The notes below the pieces were generated by a model. The model saw only the letters and a program-made list of their open reading frames with translations. It was not told the origin of the DNA and did no database searches. Below are positions 53,298 through 63,476 of a stretch of 64,000 nt of DNA, piece by piece (the first letter of the stretch is position 1; the number at the start of each line of letters is the position of its first letter). Source of the DNA: Minisyncoccota bacterium (GTDB taxonomy: Bacteria > Patescibacteriota > Minisyncoccia > Phycocordibacterales > JBAYGS01); NCBI GenBank assembly GCA_041666545.1, contig JBAYGS010000001.1, positions 21,805-85,804 on the forward strand, written 5' to 3'. Position numbers and translations under genes: made by a program.

Positions 53298-55874
53298 ATG
53301 CCAAACAAATCAGAAGATCAGAAAATCATTGTTAGGGGGGCAAGGACCCACAATCTAAAAGATGTGACGGTTTCCATGCCTCGCAATAAAATGATCGCGT
53401 TCACCGGCCTTTCCGGTTCGGGGAAGTCATCATTGGCTTTTGATACGATTTTTGCCGAGGGGCAGAGAAAATATGTTGAGTCGCTTTCCTCGTACGCGAG
53501 GCAGTTTTTGCGCCAGATGCAAAAGCCGGATGTCGATGAAATTATCGGCCTTTCGCCGGCGATTTCGATTGACCAGAAGTCTCGCTCCAACAATCCGCGC
53601 TCAACTGTCGCCACGACCACGGAAATTTATGATTATTTGCGAGTGCTTTTTGCCAGGGTCGGTAAGCCACACTGTCTGCTTTGTGATCGGCCAATTAGCC
53701 GGCTTTCAAACGAGGAGATTTTGGATACGACTCTGCGTCACGCTCTGGATTTGAATAAAAGTGTGAAGGGTAAAGAGGTGATGGGGGTGGCGGTCAATTC
53801 GGAGTCAATCCAGATTTTCTCGCCGGTGGTGGTTGGGCGAAAGGGTGAGTACTACCAACTGCTCTATGATCTATTGGGTAAGGGTTATGAGAAGGTGCGC
53901 GTTGACGGCGTGGTTAAAAAACTCCGCGAGCAAATTATTTTAGCGAAGAACAAAAAGCACGATATTGATATCTTGGTTGACGAGATTTATTTGAGTGAAT
54001 TTGCAAGCAAGCCGGATTCGGCCAAGGAACGGTTGAGTGAGGCGATTGAGAAGGCTATCGAGGAATCGGGGGGCTTACTTCGTTTGATTACTCCGGCCGG
54101 TGAAAAACTGATGTCGGTAAAATTTATGTGCCCGTATGACGGTTATTCCTATCCGGAAATCGAGCCGCGCCTTTTTTCTTTCAACTCACCTTACGGCGCG
54201 TGTCCGGAATGTAAGGGCCTGGGCACCAAACATCTTTTTGGTGATGAGCCTTGTGAGGCTTGCTTGGGCAAGCGACTGCGTGAGGAGGCTTTGCACGTGC
54301 GTCTGGGCGGGAAAAATATTGTAGAAGTGGTCTCGCAATCGATTTCCGAGGCCGACGAGTTTTTCAAGAAGATTAAATTGACCAAGACCGAGATGGAAAT
54401 TTCCAAAGTGGTCATTAAGGAAATTGAGGCTCGACTTAAGTTTATGATTGATGTGGGCATTGAATACTTAACGCTCGACCGGCGGTCTCATACTCTCTCC
54501 GGCGGGGAAGCGCAACGCATTCGCCTGGCTTCACAGCTTGGTTCCGGCCTAGTGGGCGCGCTTTATGTGTTGGACGAGCCGACCATCGGCCTCCACTCAC
54601 GCGACAATGACCGCTTGATTAAAACCCTGCTCCATCTGCGAGACATCGGGAATACGATTATTGTGGTCGAGCACGACGAGGATACCATTTTCTCTTCTGA
54701 TTATATTGTCGATATTGGCCCAGGTGCCGGCGTGCACGGGGGCGAAATTGTTGTTTCTGGTTTTCTGGACGAATTAATCACGGCCAAAACCAACCCATCG
54801 GGGTCGCTTACTCTGGATTATCTGCGTGGGACCAAACAAATCGAATCGCCGGAGAAGAGGCGCACTCAAGATAAGGGTAAATTGTCTATTCGCGATGGCA
54901 ACATTTTTAATATCAAAAAGATGAATGTCGATATCCCGCTTGGTCGATTTGTGGCGATTACCGGAGTTTCCGGTTCAGGGAAGTCGTCTCTCATGTATGA
55001 GATTGTTCACAAAAATTTGCAGGCCAAATTGGAGCGACGCTATCGGACGGCGGAAATTTTCAATTGCGCTTCGTTTACTGGCACTGAATATGTGGGCCGG
55101 ACCATTTTAATCGACCAGTCGCCAATTGGTCGAACACCTAGGTCCAATCCTGCTACCTACACCGGAGCCTTTACTTTTATCCGAGACATGTTTGCCTCGA
55201 CCGCGGAGGCCAGGGCGCGGGGCTGGGCGCCGAATCGCTTCTCATTTAATGTGAAAGGTGGGCGCTGCGAGAATTGCCAGGGCAACGGTGAAATCGCGGT
55301 GGAGATGCACTTTTTGCCGACTGTTTATGTGCCCTGCGATGTCTGTCAAGGCAAGCGCTTTACCAAGGAGACTTTGGATATCAAGTACAAAAAGAAAAGT
55401 ATTTACGATGTTTTGCAGATGACGGTTGAGGAGGCCGTGAATTTTTTTGACGATATTCCGGCGATTTCTGACCGCTTAAGAACCTTAAACGAGGTTGGTC
55501 TGGGTTATCTCGAGCTCGGCCAGTCTGCAACAACTCTTTCCGGTGGCGAGGCACAAAGAGTAAAAATTTCTTCTGAGCTTTATCGACCGCACCTTCAGAA
55601 AACTATTTATCTTTTGGATGAGCCGACCATCGGCTTGCATTATGAAGATGTGAAGAAGTTAATTGAGATTTTGGATCAGCTGGTGAAACATGGTAATACT
55701 GTAGTGGTCATTGAACACAACATCGATTTTATTAAATCAGCTGATTATGTTATCGATATCGGTCCGGAGGGTGGCCAAGCCGGTGGCAAAGTGGTGGCCA
55801 AGGGCACGCCAGAGGAGGTCGCTAGAAATGAAAAGTCCCACACCGGAAAATATTTGAAAAAGCACTTGAAGTAG
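53298..55874 (+). CDS. uvrA: excinuclease ABC subunit A
   Basis: Two ABC ATPase modules ([14 protein letters not shown].. and [13 protein letters not shown]..), zinc-finger CxxC motifs and LSGGEAQR signatures. Confidence 0.95.
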   Translation: MPNKSEDQKIIVRGARTHNLKDVTVSMPRNKMIAFTGLSGSGKSSLAFDTIFAEGQRKYVESLSSYARQFLRQMQKPDVDEIIGLSPAISIDQKSRSNNPRSTVATTTEIYDYLRVLFARVGKPHCLLCDRPISRLSNEEILDTTLRHALDLNKSVKGKEVMGVAVNSESIQIFSPVVVGRKGEYYQLLYDLLGKGYEKVRVDGVVKKLREQIILAKNKKHDIDILVDEIYLSEFASKPDSAKERLSEAIEKAIEESGGLLRLITPAGEKLMSVKFMCPYDGYSYPEIEPRLFSFNSPYGACPECKGLGTKHLFGDEPCEACLGKRLREEALHVRLGGKNIVEVVSQSISEADEFFKKIKLTKTEMEISKVVIKEIEARLKFMIDVGIEYLTLDRRSHTLSGGEAQRIRLASQLGSGLVGALYVLDEPTIGLHSRDNDRLIKTLLHLRDIGNTIIVVEHDEDTIFSSDYIVDIGPGAGVHGGEIVVSGFLDELITAKTNPSGSLTLDYLRGTKQIESPEKRRTQDKGKLSIRDGNIFNIKKMNVDIPLGRFVAITGVSGSGKSSLMYEIVHKNLQAKLERRYRTAEIFNCASFTGTEYVGRTILIDQSPIGRTPRSNPATYTGAFTFIRDMFASTAEARARGWAPNRFSFNVKGGRCENCQGNGEIAVEMHFLPTVYVPCDVCQGKRFTKETLDIKYKKKSIYDVLQMTVEEAVNFFDDIPAISDRLRTLNEVGLGYLELGQSATTLSGGEAQRVKISSELYRPHLQKTIYLLDEPTIGLHYEDVKKLIEILDQLVKHGNTVVVIEHNIDFIKSADYVIDIGPEGGQAGGKVVAKGTPEEVARNEKSHTGKYLKKHLK

Positions 55875-55946
55875 TCAGGTGCTTGACAAAAGCTAGCAAA
55901 CCTGTATAAATAGGAAGGAGCGGTTAACCTCAAAGAAAGGAAAAGT

Positions 55947-56267
55947 GTGCAATTGAAAGCCCGACGAAATAAGGCCTTTACTCTTATTGAGTTGCTGAAT
56001 GTGGTCGCGTTGGTGGCAATCATCCTGGCAATGGCCATGATTTTTGCGGTGGTCTGCATGGGAAACTTTTATGTCACTGAGAGTGGGGTTTTGAAGGAAA
56101 TTCAAATCCTTGATCCGGAAGTCACCGAAGTGATGACTTACCACGCAAGTGTTCAGAAGCCGTCAATTTTCCGAGTCAAAAAGCGGGATGGGGCAATCGC
56201 GCAGTTTGCCGTCGAGTCGAACATTTTATTCAATTACCGCATAAAGCCCGTTGACGATAAAAAGTAG
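55947..56267 (+). CDS. type IV pilin / pseudopilin-like protein (prepilin-type N-terminus)
   Basis: GTG start after GAAAGGAAAAGT SD. N-terminus KAFTLIELLNVVALVAIILAMA matches the prepilin cleavage/methylation motif plus hydrophobic helix. Confidence 0.65.
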   Translation: MQLKARRNKAFTLIELLNVVALVAIILAMAMIFAVVCMGNFYVTESGVLKEIQILDPEVTEVMTYHASVQKPSIFRVKKRDGAIAQFAVESNILFNYRIKPVDDKK

Positions 56268-56475
56268 TCGACGGGAGGTTTCAAAGGTCGCTTTCGGGCG
56301 GCCTTTTTCTTTTGGGAAAATTAAGAGCCCCGCGCTTGCTGCAAGCGCGGGGCGGTCTCTTCAAAGCATTCGATAATTTTTCCGGCGAATGCCAAGTATT
56401 CGTCTTTTGGTTCTTGGCAAAACAAACCGATGGTACGACTCGCGAAGCGGATCCGGTGAGGGCTCGGCCTTGATT

Positions 56476-56728
56476 TCAGCCGTCGCGCCAGTCACTTTCT
56501 CCGCGGAGGTTTCTGATAGGTTGAGCTCCGGCTGTTTTAGTTGGGGCAAGGCTTCCATAAGCGTGGCGATGGGTGATGATGGCAATGACGGCGATGAGCG
56601 CGACTGCGGTTCGCAGGCCGATCCAGATGCCAATGACGAGCAAGGTAAGTGCAAAAATTGCAACGGCCAGGCCCGAGAAAGTAATTGCGGTAATCCAACC
56701 TACAGGGGCTCCAGTTTGGGGATTCATA
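56476..56728 (-). CDS. possible small two-TM membrane protein
   Basis: Hydrophobic 84-aa ORF (start at internal ATG 56728). Hairpin at about 56326-56354 downstream. Weak translation signals. Confidence 0.3.
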
Positions 56729-56773
56729 GAATATGTAATTGTGCAGGTTCTCGCCGTATGATAGCATTGCAAT

Positions 56774-58051
56774 GTGAAAAGTCAATATCTCAAAAAGAAG
56801 CAGTTGCCGGACTCGCCAGGGGTCTATTTTTTTCTCGGTCGCAACAAAAAAATTCTCTACATCGGCAAGGCCGGCTCGCTTAAGGATCGAGTCCGAAGCT
56901 ATTTCGCTTCCGATCTTTTGGAATCCCGCAGTCCGCTTATTTTGAAAATGGTGAATGAGGCAGTTTCTTTAGATTTCAAGAAGACTGGTTCGGTTCTTGA
57001 GGCCTTAATCCTCGAAGCCGATTTGATCAAGAAGTTTAAACCGCCCTACAACACCAAAGAAAAGGATGATCGGAGTTTTAATTGCTTGGTGATTACCAAG
57101 GAAGATTTTCCGCGGGTTTTAATTGTTCGCCAAAGAGACATCGTCAATGGATTGATTAAGGATTCAGGATTCAAGATTCAAGAATGGTGGGGGCCATTTA
57201 CAAATGGAGGAGAATTAAAAACAGCCCTTAAAATTGTACGGCGAGTTTTTCCTTTTCGTGACACCTGCGAGCCGATCTATTCTAATGTTCTCAAGAACAT
57301 TAGAATAGATTATGGGGCTGGGGCTGGGCGGGGGTGTTTCAATTATCAAATTGGTCTCTGTCCGGGGATTTGTGTTGGAGCGATTAGCCAAGCTGAGTAC
57401 GGCAGAACCATCCGCCACCTCAAGTTGTTTTTCTCCGGCAAAAAAAGCTCCCTGATTAAACAACTAGATAAGGAGATGAAGCAATCGGCCAAGAAAAGGG
57501 AATTCGAAAAGGCCGGGGAAATAAAAAAACAGCTTTTCGCTCTTAAGCATATTCAGGATGTCGCTTTGATTAAGGAAAATCAGGCAAGTGCTCAAGATGT
57601 GACCGATTTGCGTCTGGAGGCCTACGATGTGGCCCATTTGGGTGGCAGTTCGGCTTTAGGAGTAATGACGGTTTGGCAGAATGGCGGGCTCGATAATTCA
57701 GAGTACCGAATTTTTAATTTAAAAAATACCAAGCCAGGCGACGATGTGGGCGGACTCCGAGAAGTTTTGACTAGGCGATTTGGGCACCGAGAGTGGGGTT
57801 TACCTCAAGCGATTATTGTTGACGGCGGGGCCGGCCAAAAGCATACGGCTGAGACAGTTGTGGTGAAAAGCGGACTAAGTATTCCGATTGTTGCCGTGAC
57901 GAAAGATGAGAGGCATAAGCCGAAAAGTGTTTCCGGTCGCTCGGAAATTATTGATAAATTCAAAAAGGAGATTGTCCTCCTAAATGCCGAGGCACACCGC
58001 TTTGCCATCAAAAATCTTAGGCGACGGCTCAAGTCAAATTTCCTTGACTGA
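56774..58051 (+). CDS. uvrC: excinuclease ABC subunit C (short form lacking C-terminal HhH)
   Basis: GIY-YIG (PGVYFFLGRNKKILYIGKAGSLKDRVRSYF), a UVR-like helix (REFEKAGEIKKQLFALKHI) and the RNase H-like endonuclease region (AYDVAHLGGSS..). Only 425 aa. Contains an in-frame GGATTCA-type repeat. Confidence 0.8.
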   Translation: MKSQYLKKKQLPDSPGVYFFLGRNKKILYIGKAGSLKDRVRSYFASDLLESRSPLILKMVNEAVSLDFKKTGSVLEALILEADLIKKFKPPYNTKEKDDRSFNCLVITKEDFPRVLIVRQRDIVNGLIKDSGFKIQEWWGPFTNGGELKTALKIVRRVFPFRDTCEPIYSNVLKNIRIDYGAGAGRGCFNYQIGLCPGICVGAISQAEYGRTIRHLKLFFSGKKSSLIKQLDKEMKQSAKKREFEKAGEIKKQLFALKHIQDVALIKENQASAQDVTDLRLEAYDVAHLGGSSALGVMTVWQNGGLDNSEYRIFNLKNTKPGDDVGGLREVLTRRFGHREWGLPQAIIVDGGAGQKHTAETVVVKSGLSIPIVAVTKDERHKPKSVSGRSEIIDKFKKEIVLLNAEAHRFAIKNLRRRLKSNFLD

Positions 58052-58321
58052 CCGGCGATTTTGTAATAGCTTTTAGGGGCGTTAACGTAATCGATGTGCG
58101 TTAATGCCGGTACAAACACCGGAGGTCGCTTCGGTGCGGCGGTTGTCGATCTGCAACTGTTTTGCAGACTCGGCAGCCGCCTTTTTCATTGTCCCGTTAG
58201 AGATCTTTTGTTCCAAATTATATTGTAATCCAAATTTTCGTTGATCAGAGAATTAGCACGCCCACTAACTACATCGGTTATTCTTATGACCTATCTTTAA
58301 CGGGATGATATAATTTAGCTA

Positions 58322-59296
58322 ATGCAACAGCACAAGATTAGAGTCGGGGTTTTACGAGGAGGACCGTCGCGCGAATATGATGTTTCGCTCAGAACCGGCG
58401 AAGCCGTTCTTAAAAATCTGCCCGAACACTATTTTCCAGTAGATGTCTTTATTTCCAAGGACGGTACTTGGCATCTGCACGGTTTGCCTAAATTGCCACT
58501 CCAGGTTCTCAAACATGTTGATGTGGTTTTCAACGCGATGCACGGCGAGTACGGCGAGGATGGCAAAGTCCAGCAGATTTTGGATTATCACCAGACTCCC
58601 TACACCGGTTCACAATCTTTCGCTTCGGCTTTGGCGATGAATAAGGCGACGGCGAAGGAGGCATATCGTCGGCAAGGGATTAAAACTCCGGTTGCGATGG
58701 TAGTCACGGCCGAAAAATATCGCACCGAGGATATCCACTCAATTTTTCGCAGTTTCCATTTGCCGGCGATTATCAAACCGATTGGCAGCGGTTCGTCTTT
58801 CGGTGTGGCGAAGGCCGAAAATTTTCACGAACTCGAAGCGGTGCTTCCGAGGGTGCTTTCGGAATTTGGTTCGGCTTTGATCGAAGAATTTATCAGTGGT
58901 CGTGAGGCGACCTGCGGGGTGGTGGAGAATTTTCGCGGTCAAAAATTATATTCACTTTTGCCGATTGAAATAATTAAGCCGACTGGAAATGACATTTTTG
59001 ATTATGAGACCAAGTATGGCGGCGAGGCCAAGGAAATTTGTCCGGGAAACTTCAGTCCATCCGAAAAAACTGAAATCCAAAGGCTGGCAAAAGAGGCGCA
59101 TGAGGCTTTAGGCCTGAGGCATTATTCGCGCTCTGATTTTATCGTTAACCCAAAACGCGGTATCTATACCTTGGAGACGAACACTTTGCCGGGGCTTACC
59201 AGTGAATCACTTTTCCCCAAAGCCCTTGAGGCGGTTGGCGCGGATTTGCCAAGTTTCTTGGATCACTTGGTGAAGCAGGCTTTGCTTACGAATTAG
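58322..59296 (+). CDS. ddl: D-alanine--D-alanine ligase
   Basis: N-terminal RVGVLRGGPSREYDVSL and ATP-grasp C-terminal motifs. Confidence 0.9.
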   Translation: MQQHKIRVGVLRGGPSREYDVSLRTGEAVLKNLPEHYFPVDVFISKDGTWHLHGLPKLPLQVLKHVDVVFNAMHGEYGEDGKVQQILDYHQTPYTGSQSFASALAMNKATAKEAYRRQGIKTPVAMVVTAEKYRTEDIHSIFRSFHLPAIIKPIGSGSSFGVAKAENFHELEAVLPRVLSEFGSALIEEFISGREATCGVVENFRGQKLYSLLPIEIIKPTGNDIFDYETKYGGEAKEICPGNFSPSEKTEIQRLAKEAHEALGLRHYSRSDFIVNPKRGIYTLETNTLPGLTSESLFPKALEAVGADLPSFLDHLVKQALLTN

Positions 59297-59879
59297 TGCC
59301 TGACTTTCGACTAAGAGCGATAGCGAGCATCGAGAAAAGGCTGACTAAAACTGGGAACCAAACTTGGCCAAGCCAAGGGACAGGGATTAAGAATAAAACA
59401 TCGGGAGAGAGGAGTGAAGTTGGCCAGCCGACAGTGGCCTTGAGGCCGACATAATAAAAAATATCCCAAGCTGCAAAAGTCCAAAGGAAAATCGCAAAGC
59501 GCTCGGCGCGTTTTTTTGTTGCAAGCAGTGAAATTGAAATTAGCATAATCATGGTCGCGGCTTCGCGGAAAAATTCCACGGTCACCAGACTTTTCGGCAG
59601 TTCGGTCAAAATTTGAGCTTGCTGATAGAAGCCGGCTGATAAATTGGCGACCTCGGAGAGGGTGCCACCATAGCCGGGGAGTAGACCGACGGCAGCGCGG
59701 AGATAGACGACAACCGAAGCCTCGACGAAGCCGAAGGCGATGCCAAAAATACCGGCAATGATTAAAACCTGCCAAGTCAGTTCCAGTCGATTTTTTCGCC
59801 AAGACCAGTAGGCGATGAATGGCACTAGAAAAAGCAGATTGACCCACCACGGCGAGGCCAAAAGTGTAAAAGTGTCCAT
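59286..59879 (-). CDS. polytopic membrane protein
   Basis: 197 aa with about six hydrophobic helices. Convergent with ddl, overlapping it by 11 nt. Confidence 0.55.
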   Translation of the reverse strand: MDTFTLLASPWWVNLLFLVPFIAYWSWRKNRLELTWQVLIIAGIFGIAFGFVEASVVVYLRAAVGLLPGYGGTLSEVANLSAGFYQQAQILTELPKSLVTVEFFREAATMIMLISISLLATKKRAERFAIFLWTFAAWDIFYYVGLKATVGWPTSLLSPDVLFLIPVPWLGQVWFPVLVSLFSMLAIALSRKSGTNS

Positions 59880-59887
59880 ATTGTAAA

Positions 59888-61021
59888 TTATAACCTAAAA
59901 TTTGCCCCAACAGCTTCAGAGATGTTTTCAAAACCGTCGTTCCTCAGAAGTTTAACAAGCTCTTGGTTAATTTGGCCGATTAGTTGTGGCCCCTCGAAAA
60001 TCATGCCGGTGATTAGCTGTAAGAGAGAGGCACCCTGCCGAATTTTAAAATACGCGTCCTCGGCTGTGAAAATACCGCCACAGCCCACGAGAATATATTT
60101 GCCAACAGTTCTCTTGTAGATATAACCGACGAGCCGATCGGACAGGTCGGAAACAGCACGACCACTTAGGCCACCCGCCACCCGTGGGATTTCCTGAAGT
60201 GCCGGTTCATTTCGATTTTTGGTTAGGTTGCCACAAATGAATCCGTCAATCCTGTGGCGACTGCAAATTGCCAAAATCGCGTCGACTTGAGAAGTTGAGA
60301 GGTCAGGTGAAAGCTTCAAAAAAATTGGCTTTTTGGATTTAAATGTTTCCAGCCGGTCGAGCAAAAGATCGAGTTTGGTCGGATCGGTGAACGGCTCGCC
60401 ACCGTAAGAATTTGGGCAACTGATATTTATTGTCAGATAATTGCCAATCTCAATAAATTTGCCAAGGGCCTTGGCATAGTCGACAATGCCGACCTTGGTC
60501 TCGACGGTTTCGCGAGAATTGGTTTTAGCGATGCTGATGCCGATTGAAGTTTTAAACTCTTGTCCGGTTAGTCGCGCTGAGATTGCTTCGGCGCCGTCGT
60601 TGGGTAGTCCATAATTGACCACTAGGGACTGCGATTTTTTCAGGCGCCAAATTCTCGGCTTATCATTACCTGGGCAAGTCTCGCCGGTGATTGAGCCAAA
60701 TTCGATAAAACCAAAGCCGACGGCCGGCAGAATCTTTCCCAGACGCGCGTTTTTGTCGAAACCGGCGGCCAGGCCGATTGGGTTTGGAAACTCAATCCCT
60801 AAAATTTTTTGTCCCAGCGCTGTGGGATTTTTGTAATTGAAGAGCAGGGAAGTGGCTAGTCGGGAGACCGGATTGCTTCCGAGCAGTCGGCCGACCAGAA
60901 TGAAAAAATCATGAACATTTTCCGGGTCAAAAGCAAAAAAAATTGGCTTCAGAATTCTTCGATACGCGAAACCTAGAACAAGGTTTCGAATGGTTATTGT
61001 TGTTTCATAAACAAAATGCAT
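59888..61021 (-). CDS. pyrD: dihydroorotate dehydrogenase (quinone), class 2
   Basis: Collinear with class-2 PyrD (..GLAAGFDKN.. ..INISCPN.. ..GGL..), including the N-terminal membrane-association extension. Confidence 0.85.
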   Translation of the reverse strand: MHFVYETTITIRNLVLGFAYRRILKPIFFAFDPENVHDFFILVGRLLGSNPVSRLATSLLFNYKNPTALGQKILGIEFPNPIGLAAGFDKNARLGKILPAVGFGFIEFGSITGETCPGNDKPRIWRLKKSQSLVVNYGLPNDGAEAISARLTGQEFKTSIGISIAKTNSRETVETKVGIVDYAKALGKFIEIGNYLTINISCPNSYGGEPFTDPTKLDLLLDRLETFKSKKPIFLKLSPDLSTSQVDAILAICSRHRIDGFICGNLTKNRNEPALQEIPRVAGGLSGRAVSDLSDRLVGYIYKRTVGKYILVGCGGIFTAEDAYFKIRQGASLLQLITGMIFEGPQLIGQINQELVKLLRNDGFENISEAVGANFRL

Positions 61022-61102
61022 GAGCTCATCTTATATCCTTGGCGAAGAAATGTAAAAAGGCAACTGAGATTAGTTGCCTTACTCCCGCGAGTATGAGCCC
61101 GT

Positions 61103-61576
61103 CTATGCTGACAGACGCTTCTCGTAGAAAATTGTCTCAAATGGAAAACCCTCCTTCGTGCGCTTAGTCTCTGTATAACCATTTTTCAAGTACATTTTTT
61201 GCGATGCTACCTGTAACACAGTCGTGTCGAGGCAAAGAAGTTTGTATCCTCTTTTTGCGGCGTCGGTCTCAAGGGCGGTCAGTATGGCCTGTCCAAACCC
61301 TTGTCTCTGAAATTGTGGCAGGACGCGCATGCGCTTAATCTCGCCCATTTCCTCTGAGATTCTACGCAACGCACCCATGGCAACAATTTGGCCTTGGAGT
61401 GATCCAATTAGAAATGTGCCGTTGTTCTTAAGGTAGATGTTCTCAATGTCCCATAAGTCACGGTCCCAGTGGCCATTCCCGACATGGGCGCCAGTCGCCT
61501 CCAAGGCGATATTGTGAAGATTTATGATTTGCTCTAGGTCTGCTACTGTGTAGACTCGGATTACGAGTTTATTCAT
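61103..61576 (-). CDS. GNAT family N-acetyltransferase
   Basis: Acetyl-CoA binding motif QRQGFGQAIL; 157 aa. Confidence 0.8.
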   Translation of the reverse strand: MNKLVIRVYTVADLEQIINLHNIALEATGAHVGNGHWDRDLWDIENIYLKNNGTFLIGSLQGQIVAMGALRRISEEMGEIKRMRVLPQFQRQGFGQAILTALETDAAKRGYKLLCLDTTVLQVASQKMYLKNGYTETKRTKEGFPFETIFYEKRLSA

Positions 61577-61646
61577 TTGTACTCCTATTTAAATAAGTGA
61601 CACCAGACAAATCGGAACCTTGAACCAATGATGAATCACCCATTTG

Positions 61647-61717
61647 TGGACTCACCGGGAATCGGACCCGGGCCTCGTCAATGCGAATGACGCGTAATAC
61701 CACTTTACTATGAGCCC
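61647..61717 (-). tRNA. tRNA-Ala (anticodon CGC), slightly atypical T-loop
   Basis: Minus-strand GGGCTCATAGTAAAGTGGTATTACGCGTCATTCGCATTGACGAGGCCCGGGTCCGATTCCCGGTGAGTCCA. Carries the G3:U70 Ala identity pair and anticodon loop TTCGCAT. The T-loop reads TCCGATT, not the usual TTCGA. Confidence 0.7.
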
Positions 61718-61790
61718 TACAAGTATCCTCTTGTAGGATGAAATCGTAGCATAGGTTTAGGAAAAATTTAAATTGCGATATACTTTAGCC

Positions 61791-62054
61791 ATGAACTCGC
61801 AAGAAAAATATGTGCCACCGGAAAAGGGGAAGGGTCTTTTTGATTTGATGAGAAAGGTTGTCGATGGAAAAGTTGAGGCGGAGGAGGTTATTGATGAGGC
61901 AGGAACTGTTGCCTCGAAAATTATCACTAAATCTGAGAGCGCCAAAACGCAACCTAAAAATTTTCAAACCGCCGCCGGCGCGATGGACGAGTGGCAGAAA
62001 GCGCAAGAAGAAGCGGAAGAGAGAAGTTTTGAGCAGAGAAAGAGGGCGGCTTAG
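61791..62054 (+). CDS. possible small charged protein
   Basis: 88-aa Lys/Glu-rich ORF (MNSQEKYVPPEKGKG...); weak signals. Confidence 0.35.
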   Translation: MNSQEKYVPPEKGKGLFDLMRKVVDGKVEAEEVIDEAGTVASKIITKSESAKTQPKNFQTAAGAMDEWQKAQEEAEERSFEQRKRAA

Positions 62055-62132
62055 TTGAGTTGGAATATAAAAACACTCCGGCCAATCGGGCACCGGAGTG
62101 CGCTTGTGGTCGGAGTGCGAAATGTTGCAAGG

Positions 62133-62408
62133 CTACTTTGGCTTATGGGGCAAGGTAGCATGGCAGGTGTTGAGGAACGTGGCAATATTCATAGCCGCTT
62201 CGGTCAGTGTCGCCTCATCGCTAGCGTGCTTTGAGTATGCTTCATTAATCCGCTTGTCGCAAAGATTCTGTTGCAGTTCGTTTAAGGACGCGTCATCATT
62301 AACGCCGGCAAAAATCAAACTGACGAAACTGTGCCGCCTGCCAAAATCCGCATGCCGGTCGATCTCTGAAACCTCGTGCAGGTATGTCTTAGCTGTCTTG
62401 CGTGCCAT
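62133..62408 (-). CDS. hypothetical small protein
   Basis: 91-aa ORF with AAAAGAAAGG SD immediately upstream of ATG 62408. Confidence 0.5.
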   Translation of the reverse strand: MARKTAKTYLHEVSEIDRHADFGRRHSFVSLIFAGVNDDASLNELQQNLCDKRINEAYSKHASDEATLTEAAMNIATFLNTCHATLPHKPK

Positions 62409-62712
62409 AGGGAGCCTTTCTTTTAGAAGTTTTTAGGAACATCTGGTTCTACAAACATACTAGCATATATCAATAGAAAAGTCAATATATGCTGGCGAGG
62501 TATAGTTCCGGTCTAAGCGAAAATCAAAAATCCTGCCTCAGAGCAGGTTTTCTCTGTTTGGTGTACGACGAGTCACTAAGTATTTTGTTGCAAAGGTCAA
62601 CAAAATACATAAGTGTTCGCGACCCCAGCTCACCATCGCATCTGCTGATGCGATATGGTTCCGCCTTCCACAAAAGCACAAAATCCCGCGAAGGCGGGAT
62701 TTTGTGCTTTTG

Positions 62713-62785
62713 TGGACCGTACAGGAGTCGAACCTGCCACCCCCTCATTGCAAATGAGGTGCTCTACCAGATGAGCTAACGGCCC
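62713..62785 (-). tRNA. tRNA-Ala (anticodon TGC)
   Basis: Minus-strand GGGCCGTTAGCTCATCTGGTAGAGCACCTCATTTGCAATGAGGGGGTGGCAGGTTCGACTCCTGTACGGTCCA. Carries G3:U70, anticodon loop TTTGCAA and a canonical T-arm. Confidence 0.85.
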
Positions 62786-62866
62786 GTATTATGATTACCA
62801 AGAAAGACTAACATATCTTTGCTGGTCTTCAAAATCTATTTAAATGTGATAGTATATTGGCCAGTT

Positions 62867-62939
62867 GGGCCATTAGCTCATTTGGTAGAGCGCATCCATG
62901 GCATGGATGAGGCGGCCGGTTCGATCCCGGCATGGTCCA
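62867..62939 (+). tRNA. tRNA-Ala (anticodon GGC)
   Basis: GGGCCATTAGCTCATTTGGTAGAGCGCATCCATGGCATGGATGAGGCGGCCGGTTCGATCCCGGCATGGTCCA. Carries G3:U70 and anticodon loop ATGGCAT. Divergent from the TGC gene 80 bp away. Confidence 0.85.
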
Positions 62940-63011
62940 CAAAGAGAAACCTGTGATTTTAAAAGCCGCCTGTCAAAGGCGGCTGTGAAGGTAGCTGGTC
63001 GAAATTCAAGC

Positions 63012-63284
63012 CTACTCGTTCTCGTCGTCATTGAGTAAGTCCGGCAGGTCTTCATCTTTGACCTTTAGGTAGGGAAAGAAGAAATGCTGACAAATCTTGC
63101 CTACTAGAAGAAGAAACAAGACTCCGGTGATAGCCATGCCGATTGCAACCACAATGGCCCACGCCTTGCTTCCGGCCACAAATTCACGAAGTTGGGGACC
63201 GAATAAATGAAGACTGAGTTCGCCGGGTAAAATCAGTAGGCAGAGCGCAATAATAAAAATTACCAGCGTTGCAGTAGCTCTCAT
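63012..63284 (-). CDS. small membrane protein with acidic C-terminal tail
   Basis: 90 aa with two hydrophobic helices; tail DEDLPDLLNDDENE. Confidence 0.5.
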   Translation of the reverse strand: MRATATLVIFIIALCLLILPGELSLHLFGPQLREFVAGSKAWAIVVAIGMAITGVLFLLLVGKICQHFFFPYLKVKDEDLPDLLNDDENE

Positions 63285-63476
63285 GCAAAGATCGTCCTTT
63301 CAAAATTAATATTACATATCGAGATCCATTTGTCAAATGCCGAGTTGGTACATTCAACTTCCAAGTGCACCACTCATTGCTTGCGTAAAGTCGGAAAAAT
63401 ATGGGCGGTTTAGGGGTTGTAGGTAGCTAAATAGCGTTCGTTGTAATTTTGGAGTTCAAGGCGTATATTTAAAGGC

